From: Porphyridium purpureum
Taxonomy: Eukaryota
Assembly: GCA_008690995.1 (NCBI GenBank)
Contig: VRMN01000003.1
Coordinates: 124,001 to 188,000 of the forward strand
Direction: 5' to 3'
DNA: 64,000 bases
In this document: one piece after another, positions 30,249 to 40,790 of the stretch
Layout: every line of letters starts with the position of its first letter
How positions within the stretch are numbered: the stretch's first letter is position 1
Made by a program: the position numbers and the translations under genes
The notes under the pieces: generated by a model
The model's database searches: none
What the model was told of the DNA's origin: nothing
Seen by the model: only the letters and a program-made list of their open reading frames with translations

Positions 30249-32468
30249 TCAAAATCGAGTGACGTCGTTCAGGACAAGCGTCTCTTCCGCACCGACCTCG
30301 CAGAATCGATTTGGGCCCTTCTCCCAGTAGACCTCCCCATTCTTCGATACCACAACGTACTTGTACTCAAGATAAAAGTCGCCGGACGTCAGCTCAACTT
30401 CGAGCATTAACAAATCGTTCCGCTTGGCATGAGCAAATAGCGCGGGGGCATCGCGGGCGGACCATGTGCCGAGCTGCGGAATGTTTCCTACCATACGTAA
30501 TTCCGAACCATTCAAAATGAGGGATGGGTGCTGTAATTTGGTCTGGACCCGAAGGCCCGCCAACGACACGCCTGACTTTGCTGCAGTGTCGCTCAGACTC
30601 AAGCTCGTTGACTCTTCCGCCGTATCAGCGGCGACAGGTGACAAAGCAGCGGCAGTACGCGAGGACGAGGTGCGCGGGCCCGTCAAACTTTCGTAATAGC
30701 CAACTTTCTCGCGCACCGATTTCCGCGCTCTAATCCTGGCTTCTTCCTCCTGCTGCTCCTGCTTTTCAAGCATGCGCCTCTTCTCTTCTTCTCGTTCGGC
30801 AGTCAAGACACGGAGCATATTTTCCACGGTGTTTAACTGGCTGACCATTTGAGAAATCTCGCGCTCGGAAGGCGGCGCCATGAATGAGTCTCCGCCCGCA
30901 CTATGCCGATCGTCTTCAAGATCGTCCGCGACTCCGAGCCCTGATCCTCCTTCACCAGTCCCTACTAGTCTTGATGGAGATCGTTGCCTTTTGTCGTCAA
31001 CGAGCGCAGTCCCACGTCCGTTCGACGCCGTGGCGTTCGGGGCTCGACTCGACGACTGTGCCTCGCTTATTTGAGACGCTTCGCAGTCTGAATCATGCAC
31101 CGAGAAGTCCAAGAAGCCGGTCGCACTCCCATCTGGCAGTTTTGGCCTCGAGTCTCGATGCTCAGCCACTGCTGGATGCAGGGGGGCGCGGAAAAAGGTA
31201 ACGTACACGGTCTTGCTACTCTTAGATGGAGCAATTCGGCCATAATTGGCCTCGGAATCGCCCAGCTTGGTGACGCGCTCGGCTTCAAGGCCGAAAGACG
31301 CGATAAACGAAGACGGATTTGGGCACGCCCACTGAAAGTGTTGGGAAAGTTTCAAATCAACGGTCCGCTTGTCCTGAGCAACTAGGCCTCCGTCGCCAGT
31401 CTTGCACAAGTACGGGAGCGCCTCTACATTGAGCACATCGACCGTGGAATTGTAAATGTCTAGCAAGTGGTCAGATGCGCGCTCGTACTTGTCGATCAAA
31501 TAGTCGGCGATGGGTGGATACTTTGCAAAGGACGAAGGATAGTACTCATACGCAGCAAACAGGTCTTGCACGTAGTGGCAAGTCATCTCGATCATCGTTG
31601 CCGCGCGCTCGACTGCGGGAGGCACCATGGAGGGGCTGCTTCCGGGCTGTACGACGGCTGCTGAGGCCGTTGCTGACTTTTCGCGGGCAGACAGCTCCAG
31701 AACCATGCTTGCAATCATGCGACTGCCAGGGGCGCTCAAGTCGGCCACATTCTCGAGCAAGCGCACCACGGCTCCTTCAGGCAAGTAATATAAGAGGCCC
31801 TCCATGACCCACAAGGACGGGCGCGCGGGGTTGAATCCAGACAGAATGAGGCTACGCGCCCAGGAAGAGTGGCACAAGTCGCACGGGATGCGGATCACAG
31901 CTCGGCACCTGGGCAGTGGTGGCATACCTTGTGCGTACTCTTCACGTAAAACGCGAGTTTTCTCACGGATGATCTCTGGCAGGTCAAGCTCAAACACGAC
32001 TGCGTCGTGCAGCGAAGGCAACCGGAAAGCGCGCGCGTCCATGCCGGCACCGAGCATGACGACCTGACAGATGGCCGGATTCTCCCGCATCGCATGCACA
32101 ATCCACTCGTCGAAATACTTTGAACGAACGACGATTCGCGAGCCTGCCGCCTGCGAGGAAGCGTGCGAGCCCGGCGCCGTCGCGCTTTGCGCGAGCTCCA
32201 GCTGCCGCCTTTTCGCGCGCTGCAGCGCGGCCGGCCCGGCCAGCTTTTCGGCAAACTCATCATGCAACAGCGCATCCATGCGCTCGGACTCGAGCGCGCG
32301 CCACGACGCGACGAGCTTTGCCGACGACACGACCGCGTACCGCCGTTCACGTTCCCTGCGATGCCGCGCCTTCTGCACACCGCGCACCGCGTACTCAATA
32401 AGCACGTAGCCGCATAGTGCCGAGCAGCAGACGGCGGCTGCCACACCCGCGCCGCTCTGGATGCCCAT
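30249..32468 (-). CDS. LCM-family SAM-dependent methyltransferase fused to a C-terminal CBM20 starch-binding domain; N-terminal hydrophobic anchor
   Basis: RALES, VRSKYFD, QVVMLGAGMDARAFRL, FELDLP, CDL, MEGLLYYL; CBM20 GNIPQLGTW...EYKYVV...WEKGPNR. Confidence 0.85.
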   Translation of the reverse strand: MGIQSGAGVAAAVCCSALCGYVLIEYAVRGVQKARHRRERERRYAVVSSAKLVASWRALESERMDALLHDEFAEKLAGPAALQRAKRRQLELAQSATAPGSHASSQAAGSRIVVRSKYFDEWIVHAMRENPAICQVVMLGAGMDARAFRLPSLHDAVVFELDLPEIIREKTRVLREEYAQGMPPLPRCRAVIRIPCDLCHSSWARSLILSGFNPARPSLWVMEGLLYYLPEGAVVRLLENVADLSAPGSRMIASMVLELSAREKSATASAAVVQPGSSPSMVPPAVERAATMIEMTCHYVQDLFAAYEYYPSSFAKYPPIADYLIDKYERASDHLLDIYNSTVDVLNVEALPYLCKTGDGGLVAQDKRTVDLKLSQHFQWACPNPSSFIASFGLEAERVTKLGDSEANYGRIAPSKSSKTVYVTFFRAPLHPAVAEHRDSRPKLPDGSATGFLDFSVHDSDCEASQISEAQSSSRAPNATASNGRGTALVDDKRQRSPSRLVGTGEGGSGLGVADDLEDDRHSAGGDSFMAPPSEREISQMVSQLNTVENMLRVLTAEREEEKRRMLEKQEQQEEEARIRARKSVREKVGYYESLTGPRTSSSRTAAALSPVAADTAEESTSLSLSDTAAKSGVSLAGLRVQTKLQHPSLILNGSELRMVGNIPQLGTWSARDAPALFAHAKRNDLLMLEVELTSGDFYLEYKYVVVSKNGEVYWEKGPNRFCEVGAEETLVLNDVTRF

Positions 32469-32635
32469 CGCGCAAGTGAGGCAAACAGACAAACACGTGC
32501 GAGGAAAGCGCTGCCTTGTCGCTCACACACCGCCTGTCGTCACTTTCGAAAAGGCTGCAGCTCGGCTTATTTTTTTTTAAACGGTGTTTTAAGGATTGTC
32601 ATGTGAATAAATAGACGGCATTGCTCGGAATGTTA

Positions 32636-33895
32636 TCAAACGAGGTTGCAGCGCGTCAGAGCCTGCAAGAGGTCAGAGCCGCTTGTCCACGGCACGATGG
32701 TGGCGCGGCAGAGCGCGGGCTCCGACGCAAGCCTGCCAGCGAGTTTGAACCCGGAGCGCGGACATAAATAGTCGCACGCGAGAAGGCGCGTCCCAGGACA
32801 CAAGTCGTTGCCGCCGTCCCCTATGTACACGACGGTGGGCCGGTGGCCGAGCTGCTGCTCTTGGAGGATCAGGAGCTCTTCTAGAACCTTTCCCTTGCAT
32901 AGGTTTGCAGGGCAGTCTGAGCAGCGTGCCGGGAACGAAGTCTCTGTCTTCGGGTCTGCGTACGCTTGGATGCGCAGCTGTTCGTCATGTATTTGCGCCG
33001 AGTTGGTGAAAATGAGTTTGCGATCGAACACTGTGTCCTGCAGATGGTTGCGAGTCAGCACTGCGTTAATGTAAATCGAGTTTGAGTCTGAGATGATTGC
33101 CTGAGCCGCAACAAGTGAAGACGACCGCGCCGCCTGCAAAAGATCTTGCATGCCTGGAACTAGGGGCGTATCGGCAACAGCCGCGCAAATCTCGCCGGCA
33201 CCAATGCCACGACGATGCAACGTCCGAAGAGTTGCGTTCATGATGTCTGTCCATGGCTGCTCGTTGCGCACCTGCTCTGAAATGAAGTGCATTAAGCGCG
33301 GGTAAAAGCGCTTGGTCGGAACTAGGTCCGAGTTCCCGTCCAGAATCGTGTCGTCAAAGTCGTACACTATGAGCACGTACGGGCCGTGTTTTTGTGCAGA
33401 ATCCGGACTTCCTTCGTACGCACAATTGCTTTCCTCTTCTAGGCTTACCTCTGGCCGCGCATGCTTGTTGAATACGGGCAAAGCGCACTCTGTCTCTGAG
33501 CCTTCCCTTTGGCCGCTCGGTGAGTTCTCACCTACGGGCTCGTCCAGCACGCGGGGCGAGCGCCCAGTTTCCGAGTCGGGCTCAGAAAGATCATAAACGC
33601 TGGCATTCTCCTGTGTTTCTGAGGGGAGCGAGGGGGCCAAGACTGCATCGAGTTGTTCCGATTCTCGGTTCCACTCGGAGACCTGATCCTTGGGACTGGT
33701 TCTCGAGAATTCCCCTGCTGAGCCGCCGCCGGCGCTGGCCAAGGAACTGGAATCCAATTGGTATCTGGCCGTGATGTCCTGTTCATGAAAGTCGTCCGAC
33801 CGTGCCGCAACACGTGTCGTTTGCGGCCATGGCCACCACCACCACCACCACGACCACGACCATGCGTCCACGCGGTTTTTCTTCTCATTGATCAT
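32636..33895 (-). CDS. PHOSPHO1/2-like HAD phosphatase (pyridoxal-phosphate/phosphoethanolamine type); 5' end uncertain
   Basis: YDFDDTI, IISDSN, CPANLCKG, YIGDGGNDLCP. Confidence 0.85.
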   Translation of the reverse strand: MINEKKNRVDAWSWSWWWWWWPWPQTTRVAARSDDFHEQDITARYQLDSSSLASAGGGSAGEFSRTSPKDQVSEWNRESEQLDAVLAPSLPSETQENASVYDLSEPDSETGRSPRVLDEPVGENSPSGQREGSETECALPVFNKHARPEVSLEEESNCAYEGSPDSAQKHGPYVLIVYDFDDTILDGNSDLVPTKRFYPRLMHFISEQVRNEQPWTDIMNATLRTLHRRGIGAGEICAAVADTPLVPGMQDLLQAARSSSLVAAQAIISDSNSIYINAVLTRNHLQDTVFDRKLIFTNSAQIHDEQLRIQAYADPKTETSFPARCSDCPANLCKGKVLEELLILQEQQLGHRPTVVYIGDGGNDLCPGTRLLACDYLCPRSGFKLAGRLASEPALCRATIVPWTSGSDLLQALTRCNLV

Positions 33896-34869
33896 ACCGC
33901 ATGCCGGTCTTCCTTCCTCCCGCTACGTGCTCGCGGTTTGCGCGTTCCATTCCCCTGCCCCAATCCTCGCGAACATGGTTTGTATTCCGCGGCCTGCCCT
34001 TCCCCAGGTTTTCCAATCACTGCCAATCCCCCCGACACGTCTGTCCGTCTGTCCATGCGTCCGTCTGTCCGCCTCTCGTTTTGCTGTCCACGCAACCCTA
34101 ATCGTGCCTTTCTGGCGCTGCCGCGCAGCACGCGCTCGCGCCAGCTCGACGCAGCGAGCGCGGCACGAGCCACACAGACGCCGACAGCCGAGCCACCCGA
34201 ATTGGCCGCGTGCTTGCCACACCGCGCCGCCGCCGCAAAGCGCTGCCACTGCCGTCCAGCATCAGCACCAGCAGCACCAACAAGGACAAACGCCCACAAA
34301 CCACCCCACACCGCTGTTGTTTTCGCACGTACAGTGCGAGTCGCGCCCTACACGCCGCCGCCCACACACACACACCGCGCGGCGGGCAGCGCGCACTGTA
34401 CCGCGTGTCTGTGTGCGTGGACCCTTTGCATTTACGGCTTGTTTCTCATATCTTACGAGAGGTACTGTTAGCCCCGTACCTTTGGCTGTTGCTGTTGTGG
34501 TGGTTTTTGTGTGGAGGGTGCGCGCAGCTCAACCGCGCTCCGCTACCAAGAAAAAAAAGCGCGTCTCATATAAACGGCAGTTATTTTGTGATTGAGTCGG
34601 CTCGAACCGGTGTAACCTACCTACCCTGAATTCTATCATTCATTTATCATGGACAGCCCATGTTTATATAGAAAGACACAGCAGAGCGATGAAACACGGC
34701 ATGGTCTATTGATAGAAAAGGGCAACGAGAAAGTGAGCGGAGCGGGAGAAGAAGGAAAAGCGTGGAGGAGTAAGGACAAGTTGAAGGAGCGACGACGGAG
34801 AAGAAAGGAGTGGGAGGGTCGGTGGAAAGGGGGGGAGCTACCACCAGCCGTGCCCAGCAGTAGGAGAAG

Positions 34870-37212
34870 ATGATTGTGGGACATTTGTTGAGCGGCTCGG
34901 CGTTCTTGCCGGTGCCGGGCTCGGTGATTAAGCTCGAGAATGCAAACGTGACAAATAAGCGGGAAGGGTATGGAGCAATAGCGGCGCCCAAGGGCTTGAG
35001 GTCAAGGGTGCAGCCGCAGCCGCAGCCGCAGCAGCAGGCGGACGCTGCCGCGCAAGCCGCGCCGTCGCTTGCGCATGAGCTGTTTTGGGGGTCTGGAAGC
35101 ACCGCGGCACATCTCGCGCCCGTCGTCGTTTCCGCGTCGGCGCACCGGACGGCGCTGGAAGCGACGCCCATGGCGGACGAGCAGCGCGTGCCAGCTGGGG
35201 GCCTGCAGCTGCTGGACTCGACGCCCTGGCGCTCTTCGCTTTTCGATGGAGCCCACCCCGGTTTGGCAACGCCGCGCCTTGCAGTGCACGACAGCGCGTT
35301 TTCGAGCGCGCGCGGTGCTGGCAGCGGAAACCTTTCTGCGAGCACGTACTTCCAGTCGCCGCAGCGCAACTATCACCTGCCAAAGATGATGAATTCCCCG
35401 GTGGCAAGTGGTCCATCACATCGAACCCGCCCGGAGGAGATGCTCACCGTGCGCCTGGGGGAGGCGACAATTCAACCGTCGCAGACAACGCCTATGCTTT
35501 ACAACAAATCGACACTTCCTGATGCAAGTGGAGAGACTGAGCACAGCGCGTCCTCATACGCAAGCGAAAGCTTACCCGCGCCTGCGTCCAATGCAACCTC
35601 GGCGCATGTTCCCAAGGCAACTCAGCGCCGACTTGCGGCGCGCCTTGAGTCTGCGCTCAGGGAGCGCAGAGTAGCGGATGCGTGCGCGTTATTGCACGAG
35701 TACGGGTCGATGCGTGTGTTTTCAACTCGCCACTACAATGCCGTGCTGGATGCGTTGTGCAAGGGGCAGAAAGTCGCGGAAGCGGAGCGTTTATTCTCGA
35801 GTCTGAGCTCACCGGACGTGGCTTCGTATTCAATCATGATTTCCATGTACGCGAAACTGGGTCGCGCAAACGAGGCAGAGCTGCTATTCGCCGTGATGCG
35901 GAATAGCGGCGGGAAGGTACAGCCAAACGCGTTCACGTATTCAGCGATGATTGAAGCCATGGGTCGCATCGGCCGTATCGGGCGGGCGCAGGAAATTTTT
36001 GACGAAATGGTTCGGGAAAGCGAACTGGGAATGGCGAGCAACGTCGTGGCCTGCAACGCCATGTTGAAAGTATTCGTCAAGGGTGGGCAGTTTGACGCTG
36101 CCATGCGCCTCGCGGACCAAATGGAAGCGCATGGCGTGCGCGCGGACGTTGTCACGTACGGCACGCTAATCGACGCTTGCAGCAAGGCACATGATGTTGA
36201 GCGAGCCTTTGCATTCTTCGATCGGATGGTACTGGAAAATGTGAGGCCAAATCGCGTGTGTTATGCGTCGCTGATAGACGCCTGCGGAAAATGCAAGCAA
36301 ATTGACCGCGCGTTCGAGGTCTTCGAGCAGATGAAGCGGGACGGAATCAGCCCGGATTTGTTCACGTTCAACGCGTTGATTGATTCGTGCGGACGATCGA
36401 GAATGGTGGAACGTGCCTTCGCAGCGTACGAAGAAATCGGGCGACACAACTTGAAGCCGGATCGAGTCACCTTCAACGCGTTGATTACGTGCTGCGCACG
36501 CGCGCGGGCGTTGTCGAGCGCATTCAAAGTGCTTGACGACATGACCCGTCTGGCGCGCATCCGCCCAGACCGTCATACCTTTAACTCTCTTATCGACGCG
36601 TGTGGCAAGTCTGAGAGGTTGGATCTGGCTGAAAATGTATATTCAAAGATGTGCGCCCTCAATGTAAGGCCATGTGTGGTAACTTTCAATGCGCTCATAG
36701 ACGCTTGCGGTCGTGCTCGTGCGCCCGAGCGTGCATTTTACTTTCTGCAGGAGATGGCAGCGCACGGCGTCGAACCGGACACTTACACGCTGAATACAAT
36801 GGTCGCGGTCTTATGCCGTTCAGGCATGTTCGATCGAGCGGTGAGCGTGCTTCGCGTCATGCGTGAACGCGCAGACGAGGTTAGCTACAATACGCTGATT
36901 GACTTTCTGGCGAAAGCGGGCGACGGTTGGGAGCAGACCGCAGCGTCATTGATGCTCGAAATGCAGACGAGAAATTTGAGCGCGAGTCGCAGTGCTATTG
37001 CGTCGCTGTCGACGGCGCTTGGTGTGTCGCTGGAGGAATCACGGCCCTCGGGCACTGGAGGAAGAAGCGGTATCGTTTGCGTCTGCATGACGGGTTCGTT
37101 GATTCTCAGAGTTGCGGTCAGCATTCTGCATGTACGTCCTAATAATTTTGTCTGTTGTCCAGGTTTTTGTTGTATGAGTAAAAAGAACACAAAGCAGAAG
37201 AACAAACTGTGA
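34870..37212 (+). CDS. Pentatricopeptide repeat (PPR) protein
   Basis: About 12 consecutive 35-aa repeats (PDxxTFNALIDACG..); the extreme C-terminus may be mis-bounded. Confidence 0.92.
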   Translation: MIVGHLLSGSAFLPVPGSVIKLENANVTNKREGYGAIAAPKGLRSRVQPQPQPQQQADAAAQAAPSLAHELFWGSGSTAAHLAPVVVSASAHRTALEATPMADEQRVPAGGLQLLDSTPWRSSLFDGAHPGLATPRLAVHDSAFSSARGAGSGNLSASTYFQSPQRNYHLPKMMNSPVASGPSHRTRPEEMLTVRLGEATIQPSQTTPMLYNKSTLPDASGETEHSASSYASESLPAPASNATSAHVPKATQRRLAARLESALRERRVADACALLHEYGSMRVFSTRHYNAVLDALCKGQKVAEAERLFSSLSSPDVASYSIMISMYAKLGRANEAELLFAVMRNSGGKVQPNAFTYSAMIEAMGRIGRIGRAQEIFDEMVRESELGMASNVVACNAMLKVFVKGGQFDAAMRLADQMEAHGVRADVVTYGTLIDACSKAHDVERAFAFFDRMVLENVRPNRVCYASLIDACGKCKQIDRAFEVFEQMKRDGISPDLFTFNALIDSCGRSRMVERAFAAYEEIGRHNLKPDRVTFNALITCCARARALSSAFKVLDDMTRLARIRPDRHTFNSLIDACGKSERLDLAENVYSKMCALNVRPCVVTFNALIDACGRARAPERAFYFLQEMAAHGVEPDTYTLNTMVAVLCRSGMFDRAVSVLRVMRERADEVSYNTLIDFLAKAGDGWEQTAASLMLEMQTRNLSASRSAIASLSTALGVSLEESRPSGTGGRSGIVCVCMTGSLILRVAVSILHVRPNNFVCCPGFCCMSKKNTKQKNKL

Positions 37213-37329
37213 ACAGGAGTCAAACGCTGTGTGTGTGTATAAGTGACTTTAAGTCCTATCAAATCTACTCGCAAAGACGGGGGGCCGCCGACGGGAACTG
37301 TCCGGTTGTGGTACTCACAATGAGTCTCC

Positions 37330-39015
37330 TCAGTCCCTCGTCCGATTCAGGCCGTCAAAGGCAGCGATGCGGAAAAGCTCGCTGAATGTCGGGGCGTTGG
37401 TAATCCCCTCCACAAAATAGTGCACGTTTCCTTCATGTGCAAGGACAGCTTGTCCAATATGGATCAATTCTGTGGACAAATGCCCGATGATGGCTGCTCC
37501 GTACAACGTGTGCGGCTCATCTGGACAAAACATGACCTTGAGGAAGCCTTCACGCTCATTCAGGATGTGAGCTTTGGCGAGCTCCTCAAACTTGGCATAA
37601 CCCACCTCGTACGGAATCTTGGCTTGAATGAGCTGATTCTCTGTCTTTCCGACCATGCTAATCTCCGGGCACGTATAAATGCCGTACGGCAAGACGGTAA
37701 ATTCCTTGCGTGAACCGCGTGGCCGCTTGAATCCAAACATAATGTTGGATGCCTCGCGGCCTTGTTCCATGCTGGTTGAAGCTAGTGCCGGAAACCCAAT
37801 GACGTCACCTGCTGCATAAATGTGCGGTACCGACGTCCGGTAATTCGCGTCTACGTCCAACAGGCCGCGCTTGTTCGGAACAATGCCTAGAGTTTCCAGT
37901 CCAAGCCCACTCACATTGCCAACGCGCCCGACTGCGTAGAGCAGGTTATCTCCATGCACGCGCCTACCAGAGGATAAATACACGTGGATGCGCTTGCGCC
38001 CCGACGTCGGGTCGACAATGCGTTCGACATTGACCACGGAGTCACCGAGCTTGAAGTTCGCACCCTGCTTGCGCATGATGTACATAAGCGCGCCGGTGAC
38101 ATCAGCATCAACAAACGACAGCAGCTCTGGACGCCCATCGATTACCGTGACACGTGTACCGGGCAACGTATTGAACATGCTAGCGTATTCAAGCCCGATG
38201 ATTCCACCACCGACCACAATCATGTCGCGAGGCAACTTCCAACGATCCGACAAAATCTGATCCGAATCAAAGATGGATTCGCCGTCAAACAAGTCGGACC
38301 AGCCGTCTGGGCGCACTGGCTTTGTACCGACCGAGATGAGCACATTTGCTGCACGCACCACGCGGCGGCGCACTGTGTCTTCCGAAGACAAGACTTCAAT
38401 ATGGTGTGGATCCAAGAAGCGGGCTGCGCCATTCATGATTTGAACGTCATTTCTGCCCAGCTGACTCTGCACAACCTGACTCTGCCATTGACCAACGGTT
38501 ATCACGCGCTGCATGATGTCACCCATGCTCAGGTTTGCGATCTCCTTGCTGTACTCTGACATAAAGCCCTTACTCTTGACGCCTGTGAAGTGCACGATCG
38601 CCTCGCGGAAAGTCTTGGATGGCACGGTGCCCGTGTGCACATACACGCCGCCTAGGCTCGTGCCCTTGTCAATAACCACGACGCGCTTGCCATTTTTGGC
38701 CGCATTGATAGCTGCCTTTTGGCCGGCGGGGCCACTTCCAATGACGACCAAATCAAACTCGAGGCGGTCGGTGACAGTCAGAAAATCCTCCGCATACTGC
38801 TTGGCACTCGTTCGGACCGGCTCTTTTGGTCCCGCGCTCGCTGGAGCTTCCGCCGGCACAGGCTCCGTTTTCTTCGCCGTGCTTCCGCCATCGACCGACG
38901 CGGACAAGAATCTCGCCGCTGGCGCGCCGAGCGGCCGCGAGTATATTGCAGGATTGCCTCTCGTCACCTGACGAACGAGCATCCGCAGTGGTGCGGAGAG
39001 TAGTGCGTTCCACAT
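37330..39015 (-). CDS. sthA: Soluble pyridine nucleotide transhydrogenase (SthA/UdhA-like) with a mitochondrial-type presequence
   Basis: IGSGPAGQKAA, HTGTVPSKTFRE, FDSDQIL, AAGDVIGFPALASTSMEQGR, PYGIYT, TELIHIGQ, PTFSE..AAFDGLNR. Confidence 0.85.
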   Translation of the reverse strand: MWNALLSAPLRMLVRQVTRGNPAIYSRPLGAPAARFLSASVDGGSTAKKTEPVPAEAPASAGPKEPVRTSAKQYAEDFLTVTDRLEFDLVVIGSGPAGQKAAINAAKNGKRVVVIDKGTSLGGVYVHTGTVPSKTFREAIVHFTGVKSKGFMSEYSKEIANLSMGDIMQRVITVGQWQSQVVQSQLGRNDVQIMNGAARFLDPHHIEVLSSEDTVRRRVVRAANVLISVGTKPVRPDGWSDLFDGESIFDSDQILSDRWKLPRDMIVVGGGIIGLEYASMFNTLPGTRVTVIDGRPELLSFVDADVTGALMYIMRKQGANFKLGDSVVNVERIVDPTSGRKRIHVYLSSGRRVHGDNLLYAVGRVGNVSGLGLETLGIVPNKRGLLDVDANYRTSVPHIYAAGDVIGFPALASTSMEQGREASNIMFGFKRPRGSRKEFTVLPYGIYTCPEISMVGKTENQLIQAKIPYEVGYAKFEELAKAHILNEREGFLKVMFCPDEPHTLYGAAIIGHLSTELIHIGQAVLAHEGNVHYFVEGITNAPTFSELFRIAAFDGLNRTRD

Positions 39016-39569
39016 GACGCGAAGCGAGCGCGTGCGATATCTCACGTCTGCCTATCAGTCGGCCTGTTGCGGTGTGACGCCGACGAGCTCTCCAATGTGA
39101 GCAGCGCAGCGACAGCGTTCCATCGGCCTCCATGTAAAGGGGTTCGAGACTAGCAAAATGCAGCCGCAAAATGAGGCAAACGAGTTGCGAGATTTTTTCG
39201 GGTCTGGGACGTGGAAGCGGGGTCCGAACGCGCAGGTGCGTGGAAGGCGGTTTGTCTTTTTTGTAGGCATTGAAAAGCAGAACGCGGAACAAGATGTTTC
39301 ACTCAGCTGTGGCCATGCGCGATTTATGGACATTTTCGGAATGCCGCACGGAGCGCGCTGTCTTGTGCGTGAGATCGAAGAACCATCCAGGCATTCCCCA
39401 TGGCTTTGTTCATGATACTGCTGCCCACGGGGTATGGAAAGAACAGACAGGCGAAACGAGCGTGTGCGGAAAACGTGAAGACAGATGATCAAAAGCGACA
39501 TTAATCCCATGCCCTGTAATACAACAAAAGCACCCGGTGGGCTCGCAATGTTTGTGCGAGACCTTCTCA

Positions 39570-40790
39570 TCACATCATTCCCATCTCCTCCGTCGGGACA
39601 TAGTAGACGCACTCAATCTCATCAGTGCACTCTGGGGGCGTTACGCAGAAGCGCTCCACCGGTGCGCACGGAATCGTCCCGGATGGACTCGGAATGTAGC
39701 GGAAGTCCATGACTTCCGGCTGACATGCAGACTGTACTTCCAGTCGAATGCACAAGTCTCCAAATCCGCAATCCTGGGCGGAAGCCAAGTCCGTAAAAGT
39801 CAGCAGGGCTCCTGACTCCGGGTCAAAGAATCTGACATAGTCTACACCTTCAGTTCCGAGTTCGCCGTTAGCACCCGTCGCCGTGTTCACCACTGAGAAG
39901 ATGCCCAGACCGGCGTTTTGGGAGATCAGCGCGCCACTGATCGAGAACGCCAGCTGTTCGGCAGTTGCAAATCCAGTGAGTGAACTATCTGGTGGAGTGT
40001 CCTGATGGATGAGACTGTAGTCATAAATATCAGACTCTCCCGGCGTCAACTGGAGAGAGAAAAATCGCTTTGGAGCGCCGTTCACCATGTTGCCCACAGA
40101 AGAGCCGTACAAAATGGCCGAGCAGTCGACGGTCTGATCGCCTGCGATGTAAAAGAAATTAATTGGCCCGACTGCATCCGGGTTTGGTCCCGTGCGATCG
40201 CGAAACTGGTTAAATACAACTGTTTCGGTTGCCTTTCCTGTCACGCGATCTAACAGCGACGCAATGAGGGTCAAGATGCCGGCTGAAGGTGCTCCCTCGC
40301 GGATGTACACGAAGATGTATTGCTCCTGCAAAAAGGCAGCCCCTGATACCACAGCATCGGGCAAGTCCTGCACATAGAAGAAGGCCGGCGCCCCGGGGAC
40401 TCCAGCGCTAATGATGTTCAGGAAGCACAAACGCGCTGCTCTCGCAACATCCGAATTCCAAGCTACAAAGAAGACGCGGGAAATTCCATCGTATCCCAGA
40501 GCGTTCGGTGCAAACAGGTTGAGCGGGGCGCCCGGTCCTGTATTGGCACTGGAAGAATACCCGTAGCAGTTGTACGGAAATGGATCCTGAGTGGTTTCGT
40601 ACGTTGCCATGTTGGCCACCAAAGTGACACTCCCGGTGGTGGTACTCGTATCGACTGCCCAGAACGACTTGTTGGCGGAGCTTTGAGTCGCTCCGAATAC
40701 GACGCCGGGCAGATTTGGGACAAACTGCGCTTGCAGTCCCATCGCCGCCAAGGCCGCGAGGGCAAGAATCGGAAGCACGAATCGCGACAT
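39570..40790 (-). CDS. Secreted protein of unknown function, beta-rich, with Cys-rich C-terminus
   Basis: Signal peptide MSRFVLPILALAALAAMGLQA; 406-aa ORF. Confidence 0.7.
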   Translation of the reverse strand: MSRFVLPILALAALAAMGLQAQFVPNLPGVVFGATQSSANKSFWAVDTSTTTGSVTLVANMATYETTQDPFPYNCYGYSSSANTGPGAPLNLFAPNALGYDGISRVFFVAWNSDVARAARLCFLNIISAGVPGAPAFFYVQDLPDAVVSGAAFLQEQYIFVYIREGAPSAGILTLIASLLDRVTGKATETVVFNQFRDRTGPNPDAVGPINFFYIAGDQTVDCSAILYGSSVGNMVNGAPKRFFSLQLTPGESDIYDYSLIHQDTPPDSSLTGFATAEQLAFSISGALISQNAGLGIFSVVNTATGANGELGTEGVDYVRFFDPESGALLTFTDLASAQDCGFGDLCIRLEVQSACQPEVMDFRYIPSPSGTIPCAPVERFCVTPPECTDEIECVYYVPTEEMGMM

